A DNA stretch of 64,000 nucleotides from Deltaproteobacteria bacterium (GTDB lineage Bacteria > Myxococcota_A > Polyangia > Nannocystales > Nannocystaceae): NCBI GenBank assembly GCA_016709225.1, contig JADJEE010000012.1, positions 2,307,630 through 2,371,629 of the forward strand, given 5' to 3'. A program made the translations under genes and the position numbers. Below the pieces are notes generated by a model. It worked only from the letters and a program-made list of their open reading frames with translations. It was not told where the DNA came from and searched no databases. How positions within the stretch are numbered: the stretch's first letter is position 1; every line of letters begins with the position of its first letter. Positions 36,115-45,833 of the stretch are shown in pieces.

Positions 36115-38097
36115 ATGAGACCGATCGTTCCGACCGAAGCTCGCCTGTCCACGACCCAACCCGCTGCGAGGATCGCCACGATCCCGCGCCCGAGCCCCAA
36201 CTCGCGACTGCGAGTGATGCTCGCCACCGACAAGGAGATGGCAGAGTCGCTGAAGAACCTGTCCGCGTTGCCGCGCGGCGAGGGCTTCGGCGTCACACCA
36301 GACACTGCGCGCGCGCTCGTGATCGCGACGCCGCGACCGGGCACCCGCACCGACGAAGGCGTGGAGCCGCCGGGCGGCTTCGTCGCCGAGGCGATCGTGC
36401 TCGACCACGCGCGGCCGTCATTGCTCGTTCGCAACGGCCGCATCTCACTGCCGACCTCGGCGCTGTGGCGCCAACGACTGCAGCCGCACTCCTTCGAACT
36501 CGAGCAGAGCGTTGCCGCGGTGGGCCGCATCGAGCTGCTCAACCACGACTCGCTCGACTGGATCGGCACCGGCTGGGCAGTCGGTGACCGCGCCATCGTC
36601 ACCAATCGACACGTCGCGCTGCACTTCGCGCGCAAGAAGGGACGCGGCTTCGCCTTCGTGACCAACGCGCGTGGCAAGACCATCGGCGCGCGCGTCGACT
36701 TCCGCGAAGAGCACCGCACTCGCAAGGTCAACGAGGTCGGGGTGGAGAAGATCCTGTGGATCACCGCCGACAGCAGCAAGCAGCCCGATCTCGCACTGCT
36801 GTGGCTATCGAACTCCGCCCATCTCCCCGACCCGATCCCGCTGTCGACCCGCAAGCCGAAGAAGGGCGCCTACGTCGGCGTGGTCGGCTACCCGGCCCGC
36901 GACAGCCGCAACGACTCCGATCTGATGTCGGAGATCTTCGGCGACATCTACGGCGTCAAGCGCTTCGCGCCTGGCATGGTCACCTCGGTCTCGAAGGGCT
37001 TCTGGTTCGGACACGACGCGTCGACCCTGGGCGGCAACTCGGGCTCGCTGGTGCTCGACCTCGAGTCGGGCAAGGCTTTCGGCGTGCACTTCGGCGGCAA
37101 ATTCCACGAGGAGAACTACGCCGTGAAGGCCGACACGCTCAAGCGCCTGATGAGTCGCGCGAAGGTGTCGAGCAAGGCCAAGGCGCCCACGGTCGAGGAG
37201 GAGGCCGTCAAGGACAGGCCGCGCGAGGCCTCGTGGTTCGAGGATGGGCGCGAAGGCTACGATCCGAAGTTTCTCGGCAACACCGCTGCGCATCGTGTGC
37301 CGCTGCCGCGGCTCGGCAAGTGGGCGAGCAAGGTCGTGAAGCGAACCGGCGCGCGCGGGGCCAACGCTCACGTCCTGCCGTACACCCACTTCTCGGTCGT
37401 GCTGTGCCGCACCCGCAAGCTGCCGCTGTACGCCGCCGTGAACATCGACGGCAACGAGCTCTTCAAGATCGTGCGCAAGGCCGACCGCTGGTACTTCGAC
37501 CCGCGCGTCCCGCTCAAGTACCAGACCGGCAACGAGGCCTACAGCAACAACGCATTCGATCGCGGCCACATGGTCCGGCGGCAGGATCCCGTGTGGGGCA
37601 CGCGCGCGACCGCGACCGTGGCCAATGGCGACACGTTCCACTACACCAACGCCGCGCCGCAGCACGATTCGATGAACCAGGAGACATGGTTGTCGCTCGA
37701 GGACTACGTGCTCGAGAATGCGGCCGCCTACGGCCTGCGGGTCACCGTCTTCAACGGCCCGGTCTTCGCCGACGACGACCCCAAGTACCGCAATATCCGC
37801 CTACCGCAGCGCTTCTGGAAGATCGCGGTGCTCGTCGACGAAGATACCGACCGCCTCTCGGCCACCGGCTACCTGCTCACGCAGGTCGACGAGGTTGCCG
37901 ACACCACCGACGAGTTCGTCTACGGCCAGCACCGCACCTACCAGGTGCCCATCGCCCACATCGAGAATCTCACCGGTCTCGGCTTCGGCAAGCTCGCTGA
38001 GCACGATCCGCTGCGCGACGTCGAGATCGTCGAAGGTCGCGAGCAGGCGACGATGCGCCCGATCGAGCGCGGCGAAGACATCGTGTTCTCGCGGTGA
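36115..38097 (+). CDS. Cytoplasmic fusion protein: trypsin-like (V8/Glu-specific-type) serine protease + DNA/RNA non-specific endonuclease
   Basis: A GGGGG lies 6 nt upstream of the ATG. There is no signal peptide. The protease triad context is present: TNRHV (His), PDLALLWL (Asp), TLGGNSGSLVLD (Ser). The C-terminal Endonuclease_NS hallmarks are present: FSVVLCRTRKLPLYAAVNI, DRGHMVRRQD, NAAPQHDSMNQETW. Confidence 0.85.
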   Translation: MRPIVPTEARLSTTQPAARIATIPRPSPNSRLRVMLATDKEMAESLKNLSALPRGEGFGVTPDTARALVIATPRPGTRTDEGVEPPGGFVAEAIVLDHARPSLLVRNGRISLPTSALWRQRLQPHSFELEQSVAAVGRIELLNHDSLDWIGTGWAVGDRAIVTNRHVALHFARKKGRGFAFVTNARGKTIGARVDFREEHRTRKVNEVGVEKILWITADSSKQPDLALLWLSNSAHLPDPIPLSTRKPKKGAYVGVVGYPARDSRNDSDLMSEIFGDIYGVKRFAPGMVTSVSKGFWFGHDASTLGGNSGSLVLDLESGKAFGVHFGGKFHEENYAVKADTLKRLMSRAKVSSKAKAPTVEEEAVKDRPREASWFEDGREGYDPKFLGNTAAHRVPLPRLGKWASKVVKRTGARGANAHVLPYTHFSVVLCRTRKLPLYAAVNIDGNELFKIVRKADRWYFDPRVPLKYQTGNEAYSNNAFDRGHMVRRQDPVWGTRATATVANGDTFHYTNAAPQHDSMNQETWLSLEDYVLENAAAYGLRVTVFNGPVFADDDPKYRNIRLPQRFWKIAVLVDEDTDRLSATGYLLTQVDEVADTTDEFVYGQHRTYQVPIAHIENLTGLGFGKLAEHDPLRDVEIVEGREQATMRPIERGEDIVFSR

Positions 38098-38125
38098 GAA
38101 CCAGCAACGCCCCGCGTCTACACCC

Positions 38126-38722
38126 TCACGGCTCCGGGCCCCTGTCTCGGGCCAACGGCTCACGCCATCGCGCCACCGCGGTGTATGAGCCCTGGGCCAG
38201 CTTCGCGAGATCGATCGTCACCTCGCCCGGGTGCCGCGCCACGTCGAGCACGCCCATCACCGACCCCTGGGTCGACAGGGCGATCGCGACCAGGCGGTGC
38301 ACCTCGGGGATCTCCGTCACGACGATCTGGCACTCGTTCACGCCCGGCACCACCTCGACCGTCCCGAGCCCACGACTGCTCAGCTCCCATGAACGTCCGA
38401 GCCACTTGAGCAGGCCGTTGGGGTTGCGACCGAAGATGCGCAGCGCGCCGTCGAAGAGCGCGGAGTACAGACTGTTGTCGACGGAGCCGACCACGTAGCG
38501 CCGCCAGAAGTCGAGGTACTGCTCGGTGCCCGCGATCTCGAGGTGCGCGCAGTTGATCGACACGAGCGCATCGCTCGGGATCCATGCCAGCTTGCCGCTA
38601 CGGCGGATGCGCTCGACCGCCTCGGGCGCAACCGCAGCCAGCACCGCGGCCCCGTGCGGCAGCCGTTCGAGGGCCGTCAGCACCCCGTGACAGACGGCTC
38701 CGCGAAATGCCAGCTTGGGCAC
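38126..38722 (-). CDS. Myxobacterial paralogous-family protein (DUF2378/TIGR02265-like, tentative)
   Basis: Homologous to the 49144..49695 product (KLAWIPSDALVSI versus KTEWYPYAAFVQL; shared W...RY pattern). The GTG start is chosen to give about 198 aa. No other motif was recognised. Confidence 0.5.
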   Translation of the reverse strand: MPKLAFRGAVCHGVLTALERLPHGAAVLAAVAPEAVERIRRSGKLAWIPSDALVSINCAHLEIAGTEQYLDFWRRYVVGSVDNSLYSALFDGALRIFGRNPNGLLKWLGRSWELSSRGLGTVEVVPGVNECQIVVTEIPEVHRLVAIALSTQGSVMGVLDVARHPGEVTIDLAKLAQGSYTAVARWREPLARDRGPEP

Positions 38723-38934
38723 GGCTCCGACAGTATCGCCCACAAACGCGACAACTTGAGCACCCCCTAACCCAAGAGGGGCCGCCGACGCAGCCGTGGT
38801 GCCGTACTCGAACGGGCGTCGGCATCGACCGATGACCCCTGGAGACGACGTTCCGAGTGGCCCTGCGCGAATGCATGCCGGCCTGGCGGCCGACGCAGTG
38901 TGGGTCGAGACCGCGCGATCGGTATGCTCGTGGG

Positions 38935-40428
38935 ATGCCGCGGACACGCATCACTGCGCTCGCCTTCGTCGTCTCCGCGTCGGTGCCGAGCACGGCGCTC
39001 GCCGAGCAGCTCTGCGGCACGGTCGCGGAGTTCAATGCGGCGATGGCCGCGGCCGGCACGGCATCGACCGACGTCACGCTCGACTTCGACGTCGTCGGCG
39101 TGAACCCCAACGACTTCGCCGGCAGCAAGGGTTCGCTGGCGCAGCTGCGCAACAGTGGCTGCGCCGCGGGCCAGGACGCGGTGATCAAGGTCTACGGGCC
39201 GGAGGATCCGCCCAACGTGGCGCACCCCTCGGGCACGCTGAAGATGGAGTACGGCAACGCGTGCTGCGGCGGCACCTGTGGTGAGAACTGGGCCGACCCC
39301 AACGCGTCGGCCGTCGTGTTCGTCGACGGCAGCGAGAGCTGTCACGTGACCATGTGGATGCGGCCAACCGAGACCGGCTACTCGCTGACGTGCAACGTCG
39401 GGCAGTTCGACGGCCTCGGGGCCAACCCCGAGGGCAACGCCGTCGACGGCATCGCGCTGCTCGACTACCTGCTGCCCGATGGTGGCCACACCTGGGAGAT
39501 CCCCAACGCGACCGCCAGCAACGACACGGTGTGCTGGGAGTCGGTGCCCTCGGGCATGCAGAGCATCACCGTGCCGGTCGTCGAGGATGTCACCGCCGCG
39601 CCGTCGTCGCCCGATGCGGTGTACCCCGACATCACCGATCTCGCGGTCGAGGCCGACGGCACCACCGCCTACTTGAAGTTCGTCGTCCCGCCCATCGACG
39701 GCAAGATCACCGGCGCACGCCTGCTGGTGCACTCGAGCACGGCCCCCTCGTCCGACGGCGACGGCGGCGAGGTGCACGTGGTCGCCGACACCGACTGGAG
39801 CGAGGCGGACATGACGTGGAACGATCGCCCGGGGTTCGAGGCGGCGTCGCTGGGCCGCATCGGACCCGCGGCCGCCGACGTGCCCCTGTCGCTCGACCTC
39901 GGCACCGCGATCGCCGGCGAAGGGCCGATCGCGTTCGCGATCGAGTCGCCACCCACCGATACCAACGGCACGCACTTCTGGTCGAAGGAGGGCGACCCTG
40001 CAGGCGCGGCCTCGCTGCAGCTCGACATCCTGGTCGTCGACGCCGATGGCGACGGCGTCAACGACGGCCCGGATTGCGACGACACCAATCCCGCCGTGAA
40101 CCCCGGCGCGAGCGAGAGCTGCAACGGCATCGACGACGATTGCGACGGCGACACCGACGAGGGCTGCGACGGCGTCGACTCTGGCAGCAGCGACGGCGGC
40201 GGCGACGGTGCGACCACCACCGCGGGCAGCAGCGACGGCGACGGTGGCTCGCCGCTGTCGGCGGGGCCGGGCTTCGGCGACACCGACACCGGCTGTGGCT
40301 GCACCGCCGCCCACGATGACGGCCACGGTTGGTCGGTGCTGCCGCTGCTGCTCGCGGTCGGCGTCGTCAGGCCGCGTCGCCGCGGGCGCGCCAGCGCGAG
40401 ACCACCCCGACGTCCTGCAGGTACGTGA
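38935..40428 (+). CDS. Secreted protein with MopE-like putative metal-binding repeats and a MYXO-CTERM tail
   Basis: Signal peptide MPRTRITALAFVVSASVPSTALA. DADGDGVNDGPDCDDTNPAVNPGASESCNGIDDDCDG is a MopE-type motif. GCGCTAAHDDGHGWSVLPLLLAVGVVRPRRRGR is the MYXO-CTERM. Confidence 0.75.
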   Translation: MPRTRITALAFVVSASVPSTALAEQLCGTVAEFNAAMAAAGTASTDVTLDFDVVGVNPNDFAGSKGSLAQLRNSGCAAGQDAVIKVYGPEDPPNVAHPSGTLKMEYGNACCGGTCGENWADPNASAVVFVDGSESCHVTMWMRPTETGYSLTCNVGQFDGLGANPEGNAVDGIALLDYLLPDGGHTWEIPNATASNDTVCWESVPSGMQSITVPVVEDVTAAPSSPDAVYPDITDLAVEADGTTAYLKFVVPPIDGKITGARLLVHSSTAPSSDGDGGEVHVVADTDWSEADMTWNDRPGFEAASLGRIGPAAADVPLSLDLGTAIAGEGPIAFAIESPPTDTNGTHFWSKEGDPAGAASLQLDILVVDADGDGVNDGPDCDDTNPAVNPGASESCNGIDDDCDGDTDEGCDGVDSGSSDGGGDGATTTAGSSDGDGGSPLSAGPGFGDTDTGCGCTAAHDDGHGWSVLPLLLAVGVVRPRRRGRASARPPRRPAGT

Positions 40429-40930
40429 GGTACTCGCGGACCGTGCAGCGCTCACCACCGCGGAGGCTGGTGAGCAGGTTGAACGGCGTGTGCAGCACGC
40501 CGAAGAGTGACCACCAGCCGGTCACGCCGGTGATCAGCATCGCGCCGGTCTTGCCAGCGTGGGCGTTGCTGGCGGTCGCGACGCGCGGACATGCGGTGGC
40601 ACGCAGGCGCAGCAGCAGCATGCCGACACCGATCGGGAACGTCACCAGCTCGGTGTCGAGCCGCACCACGATGCCGTCACGGAGCACGCCGGTGTCGCGG
40701 ATCTCGGCTGCGTGATGCAGCAACCACCCGCGAAAAGCGTCCTCGCGGGACTGCTCGAGCACCACGAACACCGCGCCCAGCAGGTAGACCAACGCGACGA
40801 CCAACGCGATGGCGATGGCCGCAAGCGAGTGCACGGGATCGAATGCGAAGGCCGCATAGCCCGCGACGGCGACCACACCGAACATCAACAACGCGAAGTT
40901 GAAGTCGCCGTCGCGATCGACACTCACCAT
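40367..40930 (-). CDS. Small membrane protein (2 TM helices plus a PH-like cytoplasmic domain), hypothetical
   Basis: ATG start. Two N-terminal hydrophobic helices. Its 3' end overlaps the convergent upstream gene by about 60 nt, so one of the two ends may be miscalled. Confidence 0.45.
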   Translation of the reverse strand: MVSVDRDGDFNFALLMFGVVAVAGYAAFAFDPVHSLAAIAIALVVALVYLLGAVFVVLEQSREDAFRGWLLHHAAEIRDTGVLRDGIVVRLDTELVTFPIGVGMLLLRLRATACPRVATASNAHAGKTGAMLITGVTGWWSLFGVLHTPFNLLTSLRGGERCTVREYLTYLQDVGVVSRWRARGDAA

Positions 40931-41066
40931 TACAACGCGAAGCTAGCAGCGTGGTGCTTCGCGCTCAAGCCAGCAGGCGCTCCCAAAAATTGCCGCATGA
41001 CCCCCGATGTCCGAGTGGACAGTCGGCCGAACGGCCACCGCCTCCACTGTCCCTTGGAGCAGTCAC

Positions 41067-42188
41067 TCACACGAAGGCGAGATGCTGCGGCTCCACGCCG
41101 TCCGGTCGGCGCAGCTGCACGAGGTCCTTCTGCACCGCGTCGAGCGCCTCGTTGACCTTGTGCTGTAGACACAGCGAGCCGCACATCTTCTGGGCATTGA
41201 AGCTCGGCGAAGCCAGGTGGTTCATCACCTCCCAGTAGCGGTCGCTGGCCCAGATGTCCTTGAAGCGGGTCTCGCAGATGTTGCCGATGTGGAACTTCTT
41301 ATAGCGCTCGTTGAAGAGCATGCCGCACGGCGCGACCAGCCCCGAGCCCGACAATTGGATCATGAAGGGCGGGCCGTAGCAGCGCTGATACGAGCGCTTG
41401 CCCTTGGCCTCGATCTTCGACCACTTGACCACGACCTTGTACGTGTCGTCGGACAGGGCCTCGGCGGCACGCAGCTGCTCGTAGATGCGGTCGTAGGCGG
41501 CGTAGTCGACGCCGAGCTCGCCGTCCTCGGAGTCCGAGCAGTGCTTGAGCACGAGGTAGTCCGGCCGCAGCTCCTGCCCGAGACGCGCCAGCGGCAGGAT
41601 CTGATCGCCGTACTGCGGCATCACCACCATCTGCATCCCGATCGTCACCGGCAGCGCGTCGCGCTGCTTGATCTCGACCATGTCGCGGATGTTCTGGCAC
41701 ACCTGATCGAACCACGACTCGCGCACGCCCATGATCTGGGCGTAGCGCTCGCGTTCGCCGGCGGAGATGTTCACGCGCAGGTACGTCAGGTGGGGCAGAA
41801 TCTCCTCGAGGCGCATGCGCGTGAGCGCGAGCCCGTTGGTGCCGACCGCCATCGAGAGCCCGAGCTCGTGGCCGTAGCGGACCGCATCGGCGAACACCGG
41901 CGAGATGGTGCTCTCGCCGTCGGACACGAAGCTGATGCCGCGCACGCCGATCTCGGCGCAGTCCTCGAGGAAGCCGAAGATCACGTCGCGGGTGATGACC
42001 TTGCGGTCGTTCTCCTGCAGCATCGCGTAGCAGTACTCACACGCGAAGTTGCACGCGCGGGTCAGCGCCATGTCGATCGTGATCGGCGCGATGCGTTCGC
42101 CGCGGAGCCACGCGTCGACGCGGTCCTGGTGCCACGCGATCTTGGTGCCGTCGAGGATCAGATCGGTGTGTTCGGTGAGGCCGGTCAT
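41067..42188 (-). CDS. Radical SAM enzyme (second; sugar-pathway-associated by context)
   Basis: CNFACEYCY (CxxxCxxC) at residues ~45-53, SAM motif ISFVSDGES, and additional C-terminal cysteines (CYGPP..APCG..C..C). The ATG is at MTGLTEH. The first 110 codons of the track ORF are Arg-rich filler. Confidence 0.8.
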   Translation of the reverse strand: MTGLTEHTDLILDGTKIAWHQDRVDAWLRGERIAPITIDMALTRACNFACEYCYAMLQENDRKVITRDVIFGFLEDCAEIGVRGISFVSDGESTISPVFADAVRYGHELGLSMAVGTNGLALTRMRLEEILPHLTYLRVNISAGERERYAQIMGVRESWFDQVCQNIRDMVEIKQRDALPVTIGMQMVVMPQYGDQILPLARLGQELRPDYLVLKHCSDSEDGELGVDYAAYDRIYEQLRAAEALSDDTYKVVVKWSKIEAKGKRSYQRCYGPPFMIQLSGSGLVAPCGMLFNERYKKFHIGNICETRFKDIWASDRYWEVMNHLASPSFNAQKMCGSLCLQHKVNEALDAVQKDLVQLRRPDGVEPQHLAFV

Positions 42189-42195
42189 GGGATGC

Positions 42196-43413
42196 CTATG
42201 GGTTCGGGGCCACCACGGCGAGCCGCCGCAGCTTGTTTCGATCGCGCACCTCTTCGAGGTAGATCTCGAGGCGCGGATCGATGCGCTCGTGCAACGTTCG
42301 CTCGAGCACCATGCACAGCGCGGGCTTGTCGGGCCCGTCGAGCTCGCCGCACAGTCGCAGCACCAGACGAACGTCGAACTCGATCGACACCAGGCTGGCG
42401 TCGCCGGCCTCGCCACCGTGGGCCAGCGCGAAGTCCTCGAGCACCTCTTCGACCGCCTGACGACGCGCCGCGGCGCCCATCGCCGACCACGTCTCCCGCG
42501 GGCCTTCGTCGAACTCATTGGTGCGTTCGCGATAGTCGTTCAGCTCGCGGTAGCGCGAGAGGCACGCACGCACGAGCTTGGTCGGGCGCACAAAGGCCTC
42601 GCTGGACGCCCGCGGCGTGACGATGCCGGGCACCGGGGGCGCGCTGTCGCGTGCGCGCAGCTGGTGTTCGAGCCGGATGGCGCCGTGGTCCGCGGCCTCC
42701 AGCAATGGCAGCCCCTCGATGATGCGGCACAGCGACTCCATCATGCCGACGTCCTCGGGCGCGCTGGCACCGAAGAAGCCCGCCTCGTCGACGATGTGCG
42801 AGTCTGGATCGACTGCGAGTGTGAGCATCATGGCGTCGTCGGTGGCGGCAACCAGCCGACGACCGCTGCGCGTCGCGAGCTGACGCGCATGCCAGGGATC
42901 GGCGGCCGCAGACGCGAGCGCGTCCGCGTAGGGCGAGCCGTTCGACGGCGGCGCTGCGACCGGCGCCGGGCCGTGCGGATCGACGTTGCCGCGCCGGGGG
43001 CTGCGCGACGACGGGAGCGAGCGCGCGCCGCCGGTCTCGGCCAGCGCAGCAGCGTGCATCGAGCGCACGAGCACGGTACAGCCGCGGTCGTCCTCGACCA
43101 GGCTCGCTGCGCCGAAGCGCGCCGCCATGTCGAGCACCGCGCCGCGATCGATGCCCCGCAACGTGGCATCGTCGAGGTGGATCGCGAGCTGCTCGCGTCC
43201 GGCACAGGCGGCCGCGTCCCACAGATTGCGCAGGCTCGTGACGAGGTCGTCGTCGGGCACCCACAGCGCCAGCTCGGCGGCGGCGGGCCCGAAGCCCCGC
43301 AATCGATCGACGAGTCCCACGCGGTAGTCCTCGACCAACGCGAGGTAGTCGAGCACCTCCGACGTGGTTGTGTCATCGGCGGACGGCGCAGACGGCTGCA
43401 GGGACACTGTCAT
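42196..43413 (-). CDS. Hypothetical protein (two-domain, acidic C-terminus), co-operonic with a radical SAM gene and a DegT aminotransferase gene
   Basis: The ATG overlaps the upstream DegT stop (ATGA). Its stop lies 8 nt before the radical SAM start. No motif was recognised. Confidence 0.55.
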   Translation of the reverse strand: MTVSLQPSAPSADDTTTSEVLDYLALVEDYRVGLVDRLRGFGPAAAELALWVPDDDLVTSLRNLWDAAACAGREQLAIHLDDATLRGIDRGAVLDMAARFGAASLVEDDRGCTVLVRSMHAAALAETGGARSLPSSRSPRRGNVDPHGPAPVAAPPSNGSPYADALASAAADPWHARQLATRSGRRLVAATDDAMMLTLAVDPDSHIVDEAGFFGASAPEDVGMMESLCRIIEGLPLLEAADHGAIRLEHQLRARDSAPPVPGIVTPRASSEAFVRPTKLVRACLSRYRELNDYRERTNEFDEGPRETWSAMGAAARRQAVEEVLEDFALAHGGEAGDASLVSIEFDVRLVLRLCGELDGPDKPALCMVLERTLHERIDPRLEIYLEEVRDRNKLRRLAVVAPNP

Positions 43414-44555
43414 CGATGGAACTCCGCAATGGTCGCCGCGACACGCTCGAGTTCGGCGTCGCGCAGGAACTGGTGGATGGGGAGCGAGAGGATGCGAGAC
43501 GCCTGTGACTCGGCGACCGGAAAGTCGCCGACGCGGTGCCCGAGCGCGCGCGCGGCCGGCTGCAGATGGATCGGCACCGGATAGTGAATCGAGCTACCGA
43601 TGCCGCGGCTGGCGAGGAACTGCTGCAGCGCGTCGCGGCGGTCGACCTGCACCACGAAGGTGTGGAAGCTGTTGAACTGCGCGGGCTCGCACGGCGGGGA
43701 GAACACCCGGCTGCCATCGAGCAGCGCGCGGTAGCGGGCAGCATTGCGGCGCCGCGCCGCGATGACCTCGTCGATGTGCGCGAGTCGGTGCGCGAGCACG
43801 ACCGCCTGCACGGTGTCGAGCCGCGAGACGGTGCCCCACTCGGCGACGGTGTTGCGATCGACGAGGCCGTTGTTGCGCAGCCGCCGGAGCCGCGTCGCCA
43901 GCTGGTCGTCGTCGGTGACGATGAAGCCGGCGTCACCCATGGCGTTGAGGTTCTTGAGCGGGTGAGCGGAGAAGCAGCCGACGTCGCCCATGCGACCGGC
44001 GTGGCGGCCTCCCAGCCGTGAGCCGAAGGCCTGCGCAGCGTCCTCGATGATCCGCAGGCCGCGCTCGGCTGCGATCCGCATGATCGCATCCATCGCGGCG
44101 ACACGACCGGTCAGGTGTACCGGCATGATCGCGCGGGTGCGCGAGCCGATGGCGCGCACGACCGCATCGGGGTCGATGTTCTGATCCGGCAGCACGTCGG
44201 CGAACACCGGCGTCGCACCGACCATCGTGATCGCTGCGGTCGAGGCCACGAAGGAGTTCGGCGGTGTGATGACCTCATCGCCGGGGCCGATGCCCATCGC
44301 GCGCAGCGACAACACCAGCGCGTCGGTGCCCGAGGCCACCGCGATGGTGTGCGCGGCCCCGGTGTACGCACAGACCTGCTGCTCGAAGCGCTCGATTGCC
44401 GCGCCACCGATCCACTGAGCCTCGGCGAGCGCGTCGAGGATCGCCGGGCCCAGCTGCTCGCGCTCGGCGGCGAACTGCGCAGCGAGGTCCACGTACGGGA
44501 TTGGCGCGCCATCGATGGCGACCTCGGGCATTCGTCGCGGTGCTGCGTGGTCCAT
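43410..44555 (-). CDS. DegT/DnrJ/EryC1/StrS-family PLP-dependent sugar aminotransferase
   Basis: AIERFEQQVCAYTGAAHTIAVASGTDAL...AQAFGSRLGG...SAHPLKNLNAMGDAG fits the fold, with the conserved Lys in FSAHPLKNL. An alternative ATG lies at 44531. Confidence 0.85.
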   Translation of the reverse strand: MDHAAPRRMPEVAIDGAPIPYVDLAAQFAAEREQLGPAILDALAEAQWIGGAAIERFEQQVCAYTGAAHTIAVASGTDALVLSLRAMGIGPGDEVITPPNSFVASTAAITMVGATPVFADVLPDQNIDPDAVVRAIGSRTRAIMPVHLTGRVAAMDAIMRIAAERGLRIIEDAAQAFGSRLGGRHAGRMGDVGCFSAHPLKNLNAMGDAGFIVTDDDQLATRLRRLRNNGLVDRNTVAEWGTVSRLDTVQAVVLAHRLAHIDEVIAARRRNAARYRALLDGSRVFSPPCEPAQFNSFHTFVVQVDRRDALQQFLASRGIGSSIHYPVPIHLQPAARALGHRVGDFPVAESQASRILSLPIHQFLRDAELERVAATIAEFHR

Positions 44556-44715
44556 GGCCGAGCCTTCGTGGTCTCCAGCTCTTCGTAGTGAGGACGGATG
44601 TTCGGCGCCAGTGCAGGGCTTCGCGGCGCAACGCCGCAGACGCACGAAGGGCGCCCACGGGCGACGGGCCCGCGCGCGCCCGTCGTGGAACGCCCGCGCG
44701 ATCCGGAGATCGGTG

Positions 44716-45816
44716 CTACTGGGCGTAGAAGCTACGCACGGTCGCGATCACGTGGTCTTGCTGCTCGCGCGACAGGTGCTGGTCGCAGGGGAACGTGATG
44801 ATCTCGCCGAGGTGGCGATCGGTCACGGGGAAGTCGCCCGCGCGGTAGCCGAGGTGGGCGAGACCCTTCTGGCGGTAGACCGGGATCGGGTAGTGCACCT
44901 TGGCCTCGATGCCGTGCGCGAGACAGTGCGCGAGCAGCTCGTCGCGTCGCTCGGCGAACACGATGTAGAGGTGGTAGACGCGGCGCATGCCATCGACCCG
45001 CGGCGGGATGCGGATGCCGGGGATCTCGCACAGGTGGCGGTCGTAGTACGCCGCGTGCTCGATGCGCTTGGCCGCGATCGACTCGGTCTGCGGCAGCAAC
45101 CAGTTGCCGACGACGGCCTGCAGGGTGTCGAGCCGCGAGTTGTAGCCGAGCACCGCGATCTCGTCGCGGTTGGACATGCCGTGGTTGCGCAGCAGTCGCA
45201 GGGACGCGGCAGTGTCGTCGTCGTCGGTGACGATCACGCCGCCGTCGCCCCACACGTTGAGGTTCTTGAGCGGATGCAGCGAGAAGCCACCCGCGCGGCC
45301 CCAGGTACCGGCCCGCTTGCCGCCGATGTCGGCGAGGATCGCCTGGCAGGCGTCCTCGACCACCACCAGGCCGCGGCGCGTCGCGATCTCCATCAGCGCC
45401 GGCATGTCGGTCATGTAGCCGGTGTAGTGCACCGGCATGATGGCCTTGGTGTTGGGCGTGATGGCCTTCTCGACCTGCGCGACGTCCATGCAGAAGGTGT
45501 CGTTGCAGTCGACGAACACCGGGCGCGCGCCGACCTCGGCGATCGCACCGACGGTCGCGATGAAGGTGTTCGCGGTGGTGATGACCTCGTCGCCGGGTCC
45601 GACCCCCGCGGCGCGCAGCGGCAGCTTGAGCGCGTCGGTGCCCGAGCCCACGCCGATCGCGTGCTTGCTGCCGATGAGGGCCGCGAAGCCCTGCTCGAAG
45701 CGCTCGAGCTCGCGGCCGAGCGTGAAATCCCCCGACTGCACGAGGGCCTTGATGTTCTGCAGCAAGTCGTCGATCTCGGCGAACTGCTGCGGCAGGTACG
45801 AATAGCGCACGTGCAT
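44716..45816 (-). CDS. DegT/DnrJ/EryC1/StrS-family PLP-dependent sugar aminotransferase (second)
   Basis: LERFEQGFAALIGSKHAIGVGSGTDAL...FSLHPLKNLNVWGDGG. Confidence 0.9.
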   Translation of the reverse strand: MHVRYSYLPQQFAEIDDLLQNIKALVQSGDFTLGRELERFEQGFAALIGSKHAIGVGSGTDALKLPLRAAGVGPGDEVITTANTFIATVGAIAEVGARPVFVDCNDTFCMDVAQVEKAITPNTKAIMPVHYTGYMTDMPALMEIATRRGLVVVEDACQAILADIGGKRAGTWGRAGGFSLHPLKNLNVWGDGGVIVTDDDDTAASLRLLRNHGMSNRDEIAVLGYNSRLDTLQAVVGNWLLPQTESIAAKRIEHAAYYDRHLCEIPGIRIPPRVDGMRRVYHLYIVFAERRDELLAHCLAHGIEAKVHYPIPVYRQKGLAHLGYRAGDFPVTDRHLGEIITFPCDQHLSREQQDHVIATVRSFYAQ

Positions 45817-45833
45817 GATGGCGATCCTCGGGG

